A stretch of DNA of 27,997 nucleotides from Elusimicrobiota bacterium (GTDB lineage Bacteria > Elusimicrobiota > Elusimicrobia > Elusimicrobiales > UBA9959), in the NCBI GenBank assembly GCA_037137395.1, contig JBAXKK010000028.1, forward strand, positions 1 through 27,997, given 5' to 3'. Position 1 is the first letter of the stretch, and each line of letters starts with the position of its first letter. Shown in pieces: positions 25,301 to 27,997 of this stretch. The notes beneath the pieces are model-generated. The model saw only the letters and a program-made list of their open reading frames with translations. It searched no databases and had not been told where the DNA came from. A program made the translations under genes and the position numbers.

Positions 25301-27796
25301 TCAACCCCGCACTATCATCATGGACAGCGGCGGCACTTCCACAAAACCGGAATATTTCCGGCCGCCGGCACAGGCGCCATTCTCATCCAGAGCTTTTTCA
25401 AATTCACCCATAGGCAGAGCGAACTTCTGCGCGGTTTTCTGAGGATTGATAAGCGTCACGATGCGGTTCCAGGAGTCCCCGACCTCCGCGCCTTTAAGCA
25501 CATAAGCGATATTAGGCGCAGTAACCGGCAAGCTGAGGTCCTCGTAGAACTTAAGGTTGTCACGGACGGCCTGAGCCGTTTTCATTCTGAAAGCGGGATG
25601 GGCCTTGCGCAAGGCGATCAGGTCGCGGTAGAAAGTGAACACCCCGTTATTGCTTTTCTTCAGGGTCCAGTCTATCCTGTTTACGTCATCAGGCAGATTG
25701 TAAGAGTTCTCTTCCCCGTTCTTAGTGCGCAGAAATTCCTCGCCCGAATGGATAAACGGGATCCCCTGGGAGGTAAGCACTACAGCCTGAGCCAGCTTAT
25801 CCATCCTCACCCGGTTCTCTCTCGGCTCGTCCTTGACCGAAAGGCTGATCCGGTCCCACAATGTGTGATTATCGTGACAGCTGACATAGTTCAGGCTCTC
25901 CAGCGGCGAATCAGTGAACTCGTCTATGGCGCCCTTTATGCCGCGCATTACAGCTTCGCGATTGACGGCAGCCTGCACATAACCCAGGCTTTCAATTTTA
26001 AATACGCTTCCCTTGAGGGCGTCACGCAGATTATCGTTGAATACCGAGAAACCTTTCGACCGCTGAACTCCTTTTGCCACTCCGCTTACAGGTGTGTCAC
26101 CGGCGGACCAGGGTTCGCCGTAGATCAGGATATCCGGTTTCACTTCCTTAAGGCGCCTGACCAAAGCGAAAACCGTATCCTGGTCGATAAGCCCCATTAA
26201 GTCAAAGCGGAAGCCGTCCACCTTGTATTCGCTGACCCAGCGCAACAGACTGTCAATGATAAACTTCCGTCCCATAGGAGATTCGGACTTAAATTCGTTT
26301 CCGCAGCCGGAACCGTTCCAATAAGTCCCGTCTTCCCTGACGCGGTAGTAATAATCCTTCGCGAGCGCGTCAAAGTTAAACACCTTTCCGCCGGTCTCCG
26401 CCGTGTGATTGTAAACCACATCCATAATGACCTTGATGCCCTTTTTATGCAGAGCGTCTATCATGGCTTTGGCTTCTTTTACTCTTTCATTCCCATAAAG
26501 GCCGGTGGCATACCATCCCTCCGGAGAATTGAAGTTGACCGGCATATAGCCCCAATTATAAGTCGGGGAACTTTCGTTATTCTCAAAATCCTGGAATGGC
26601 AGAATATGAACGGCGTTCACTCCGAGCTCCGAAAGATGATCAACACCGGTCTTTATGCCGGGGTATTCGGGATGAACGGTACCGGTCTCAGTAAAAGCGA
26701 GATATTTGCCTTTGTGCTCCGCTCCGGAGAAACCATCTATGCTGAAGTCCCTGATATGCATTTCGTACAGAACGGTCTCCGACAGGTCAAAGACCGGTCC
26801 GGGCGCGACAGGAGAGGAATCGAATTCCACAAACGCCAGTCCGTCATGGGCCGTCACGCAAGGCGCGTACGGGTCCACTCCCTCTAAAGTCCGGCCATTC
26901 TGCGAAGTGCGGATCCTCCAATACTTGCCGGTCATATCGGCGAAGACATCCGCTTCCCATAGACCGTTCTCCTTTCGATTAAGCGGATAGACCTTGTGAT
27001 TGCGGGCAACCGGCGTGTCGTAAAAAAGAGCCTCCACTTTTGACGCGGCAGGCGCAAAAACCCTTATAAAAGTTTCACCATTTTTGACGCGCAGCCCCAT
27101 CTCCTTATCGCTTTTAAAATAATCACCGTAACCGGCATTCCCCAATCTCAGCACCGCCGGTTTCATGTCTTCAGAACGGATCTGCCAGAGCCCGGAATTG
27201 AGCGCGGGGTAATCGATCTTGCCAAGGCTGTGAAAAGCCAGAACGACAGCCCGCCCGTATGTTTTGTCGGCCTCGAAGCCGGCCTTCGCCGGATAAAGGA
27301 TATTCCCATTATCATCGGTTACATAAAAGTTCTGTTTTGATACATAAGAGCGGTCTATGAAACGATTGAAGACGACCCGTATTTCGTTTTCGCTTTCAAG
27401 GAGGGCTGAAACTATTCTGGTGGATATTTCCGGCGACGCCGCGTACACGGCGGAGTCGCCCTCGGCGATAAATATCCGGCCGGATACGGCTTTCTTATAC
27501 ACACGGTCGGAGCCGTCTTTACCTTCCCAGTTTTTATAACGCGGAAGTATTCCTACGGCATGTCCCTCCAGGCCGAAGCGTTTCAGGTCTAATTTAAATA
27601 TGGCGCCATAGTTGTCGGCCGCGGCCGGGAGAACTTCGAATCCCGCTTTTTTATCTTCTTCATTCCAAACCCACAGATTCCAGCCCGCATAATCCCCATT
27701 AAGGCGGTTATAATGCACGGTGAGTTCGTTTTGCGCGTAAAGATCTAACGGCATAAGGGACACCCCTAGAAAAAGTATGGATATAAATCTTTTCAT
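25301..27796 (-). CDS. pulA: Type I pullulanase (GH13) with N-terminal CBM41-like domain, exported
   Basis: YNWGY, DVVYNH, GFRFDLM, YGEPW, CHDN; VHY..YAGWNLWVW; start moved to ATG 27796 (MKRFISILF). Confidence 0.93.
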   Translation of the reverse strand: MKRFISILFLGVSLMPLDLYAQNELTVHYNRLNGDYAGWNLWVWNEEDKKAGFEVLPAAADNYGAIFKLDLKRFGLEGHAVGILPRYKNWEGKDGSDRVYKKAVSGRIFIAEGDSAVYAASPEISTRIVSALLESENEIRVVFNRFIDRSYVSKQNFYVTDDNGNILYPAKAGFEADKTYGRAVVLAFHSLGKIDYPALNSGLWQIRSEDMKPAVLRLGNAGYGDYFKSDKEMGLRVKNGETFIRVFAPAASKVEALFYDTPVARNHKVYPLNRKENGLWEADVFADMTGKYWRIRTSQNGRTLEGVDPYAPCVTAHDGLAFVEFDSSPVAPGPVFDLSETVLYEMHIRDFSIDGFSGAEHKGKYLAFTETGTVHPEYPGIKTGVDHLSELGVNAVHILPFQDFENNESSPTYNWGYMPVNFNSPEGWYATGLYGNERVKEAKAMIDALHKKGIKVIMDVVYNHTAETGGKVFNFDALAKDYYYRVREDGTYWNGSGCGNEFKSESPMGRKFIIDSLLRWVSEYKVDGFRFDLMGLIDQDTVFALVRRLKEVKPDILIYGEPWSAGDTPVSGVAKGVQRSKGFSVFNDNLRDALKGSVFKIESLGYVQAAVNREAVMRGIKGAIDEFTDSPLESLNYVSCHDNHTLWDRISLSVKDEPRENRVRMDKLAQAVVLTSQGIPFIHSGEEFLRTKNGEENSYNLPDDVNRIDWTLKKSNNGVFTFYRDLIALRKAHPAFRMKTAQAVRDNLKFYEDLSLPVTAPNIAYVLKGAEVGDSWNRIVTLINPQKTAQKFALPMGEFEKALDENGACAGGRKYSGFVEVPPLSMMIVRG

Positions 27797-27827
27797 ATCT
27801 AAAGCGGCACGCTTTTCGCGTAGGCTT

Positions 27828-27997
27828 CTTGTTACGGCACCTACGCAAGCATTGGCGGCACCCCTTCCCGGGGATTTAACCACAGGTGGACACCGCATTG
27901 CGGTTTCCCCTACGTCTGATGCACACAGTGCTTGTTACGGCACCTACGCAAGTATTGGCCGCCTGATGCACACAGTGCTTGTTACGGCGCCTACGCA
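27828..27997 (-). repeat. Cluster of GTAG-led REP-like repeats including a 47-bp tandem unit
   Basis: CTTGTTACGGC(A/G)CCTACGCA at 27828, 27931 and 27978; tandem units start 27916 and 27963; separate GTAG hairpin at 27886-27913. Confidence 0.8.

Noticed and set aside
20116..26887. Long antisense ORFs (20116-20787, 22606-23325, 25598-26200, 26405-26887)
   Set aside because: Shadows of well-supported minus-strand genes in GC-rich DNA
27797..27898. Pullulanase N-terminal extension
   Set aside because: Derived from the repeat cluster; the signal peptide begins at 27796
27828..27997. CRISPR array
   Set aside because: Units are tandem near-identical without unique equal-length spacers (periods 103 and 47 bp); no cas genes in the window

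Overview
Moderately GC-rich bacterial chromosomal window with about 20 protein genes, mostly on the minus strand. It comes from a diderm organism (two outer-membrane barrel genes); the gene style suggests Elusimicrobiota, but that is a guess. In order: mscL, a DUF481 barrel, a YkuD-like L,D-transpeptidase, a metallophosphoesterase, ade, a TSUP transporter, pgeF, GNAT + DUF2156, an M14 carboxypeptidase, a DsbD_2/TauE-like membrane protein, a membrane 4Fe-4S protein, a spermidine-synthase-like membrane protein, an AmmeMemoRadiSam B-A fusion and radical SAM gene, LOG, dxs, ispA, a PorV-like barrel, clostripain and pullulanase. No rRNA, tRNA, CRISPR array or transposase was seen. Best leads: (1) an AmmeMemoRadiSam pair in which both proteins carry export/anchor leaders, next to membrane redox proteins and a degenerate SAM-binding membrane protein; (2) 7-bp-period TAAG/CTTA runs with a consistent polarity at gene ends and starts; (3) two copies of a REP-carrying MITE-like element bracketing ade; (4) a shared TAGG-N8-CCTA box pair abutting the -35 of two secreted-enzyme promoters; (5) several long fold-back intergenic elements.
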